Translations under genes and position numbers: made by a program
The notes under the pieces: generated by a model
What the model was told of the DNA's origin: nothing
What the model saw: the letters and a program-made list of their open reading frames with translations, nothing else
The model's database searches: none
Assembly (NCBI GenBank): GCA_964512445.1
Contig: CAZEGS010000001.1
Span: forward strand, 4,673 to 68,672
Direction: 5' to 3'
DNA: 64,000 nt
Source: an uncultured Candidatus Bathyarchaeia archaeon
GTDB taxonomy: Archaea; Thermoproteota; Bathyarchaeia; Bathyarchaeales; DTEX01
In this document: in pieces, positions 63,154 through 64,000 of the stretch
Layout of the letters: each line of letters opens with the position of its first letter
Position numbering within the stretch: position 1 is the first letter of the stretch

Positions 63154-64000
63154 ATGGCGTGGGAGAAGACATTAGAAAGCTACGGCGTGATGATTGAAGA
63201 TAAACTAAAAGATTACTTTAAGAATCTCATCAGAGAGGCTAGATGTTACCATTCTTTCATAGCCAATCTCTATTCGAGCCTCGAAGAATATGTGCTGAGA
63301 AGAGGGAAGAGACTAGCCTCATGCGCTACTCTTTTAACCTATAAAGGATATACGGGCAGAATTGACGATGATATCCTAACTGCCTGTGTGGGAATCGAAA
63401 TATACCGTCACTCCATTCTAATTCATGACGATATTATCGACATGGATATGCTTAGGAGAGGGAGAAAAACAGTTCATCAAATTTTTGCAGAGAGCTATGA
63501 TAATAGATTTGGAGAAGGAGTCGCGATCTTTCTGGGAAATATCGCCTACTCATTAGCGTCATTAGCACTGATAAGATCAGGTTTCCCAGAAAAGAAGATC
63601 ATTAAATCCTTATCACTACTCTCTAGAGAATATCAAGAAGTTAATGAGAGTCAAGTTCTAGATTTACTCTTCGAGTATAAGAACGTAGATGTCGAGGAAT
63701 GGCATGTCATGGCTTCCAAGAGAGCAGCCTCACTTTTTAAGATTGCAATCTTGACCGGCGCAATTCTGGGCGACGCACCAGAGGAGGATCTAAAGAAGCT
63801 AGAGGAAGCCGCAGTGAATGTAGGATATGCATTTGACATACAAGATGATATCATAGATACCTTCGCCGATGAAAAAGAGTATGGCAAACCTCCATGCCGA
63901 GACATCACGCTAGGTAAGAAACCACTTCATGTAATTTATACATTAAACTTGGCAGAGCCAGAAGATTCTGAAATTCTAAAGGCTCTTTTAGGCAAGAGAG
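63154..64000 (+). CDS. polyprenyl diphosphate synthase (GGPP synthase-like), 3' end cut by window edge
   Basis: Not in the ORF track because there is no stop in the window. ATG lies 8 nt after GGAGGAG. My translation shows first and second Asp-rich motifs ILIHDDIIDMD and FDIQDDIID. Confidence 0.88.
   Translation, partial: MAWEKTLESYGVMIEDKLKDYFKNLIREARCYHSFIANLYSSLEEYVLRRGKRLASCATLLTYKGYTGRIDDDILTACVGIEIYRHSILIHDDIIDMDMLRRGRKTVHQIFAESYDNRFGEGVAIFLGNIAYSLASLALIRSGFPEKKIIKSLSLLSREYQEVNESQVLDLLFEYKNVDVEEWHVMASKRAASLFKIAILTGAILGDAPEEDLKKLEEAAVNVGYAFDIQDDIIDTFADEKEYGKPPCRDITLGKKPLHVIYTLNLAEPEDSEILKALLGKR

Noticed and set aside
1-64000. Search for CRISPR arrays, rRNA genes, transposases/IS elements, toxin-antitoxin pairs or known defence genes.
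   Set aside because: None was recognised on either strand. The only regularly spaced repeats are the ORB boxes, the TTAAAGATC triplet and the TGTGAT-family palindromes described above.

Overview
Archaeal chromosomal segment with moderately low GC (judged by eye). It carries PolD (DP1 and DP2), topoisomerase VI, Orc1/Cdc6, FEN1, an Elf1-like factor, the aIF1A-Rio1-KH operon and GGGP synthase. Together with tungsten AORs, rubredoxin and polyferredoxin, this suggests an anaerobic TACK-type archaeon, possibly Bathyarchaeia-like (inference only). Most of the window is housekeeping and central or sugar metabolism. I found no CRISPR array, transposase, integrase or recognisable defence system.

Main points:
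1. A textbook oriC with three ORB boxes and an AT-rich unwinding element lies directly upstream of orc1/cdc6 (about 25.05-25.43 kb), inside a replication-gene island.
2. Next to the origin is an uncharacterised AT-rich 2.7 kb block (22.8-25.0 kb). It encodes three small HTH or winged-helix proteins, one of them membrane-anchored with a coiled coil. It is decorated with three clusters of one palindromic word family (TGTGAT / ACATCACA). This is my best candidate for an undescribed origin-proximal DNA-binding or tethering module.
3. Two intron-containing tRNAs are present. tRNA-Thr(CGU) has a 13-nt canonical intron. tRNA-Pro(GGG) has its matching 5' acceptor strand displaced 54 nt upstream of the body.
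4. A 55-aa rubredoxin gene falls below the ORF-track cutoff. It is followed by a frameshifted thioredoxin remnant fused to a nitroreductase C-terminal remnant.
5. Two genes (top6B and the first HTH gene) have conserved-looking N-terminal coding sequence with no ATG, GTG or TTG. Each has an in-frame ATT 9 nt after a Shine-Dalgarno-like motif.
6. There are two AOR loci, each with its own MoaD/ThiS-like GG-ended beta-grasp gene. There is also a LarA-fold protein that appears to lack the NPN-binding residues, an orphan giant FtsX-type permease and an orphan NuoM/MrpD-like subunit.

Many track ORFs antisense to long conserved genes are treated as spurious. All homology calls come from by-eye motif recognition, not from searches.
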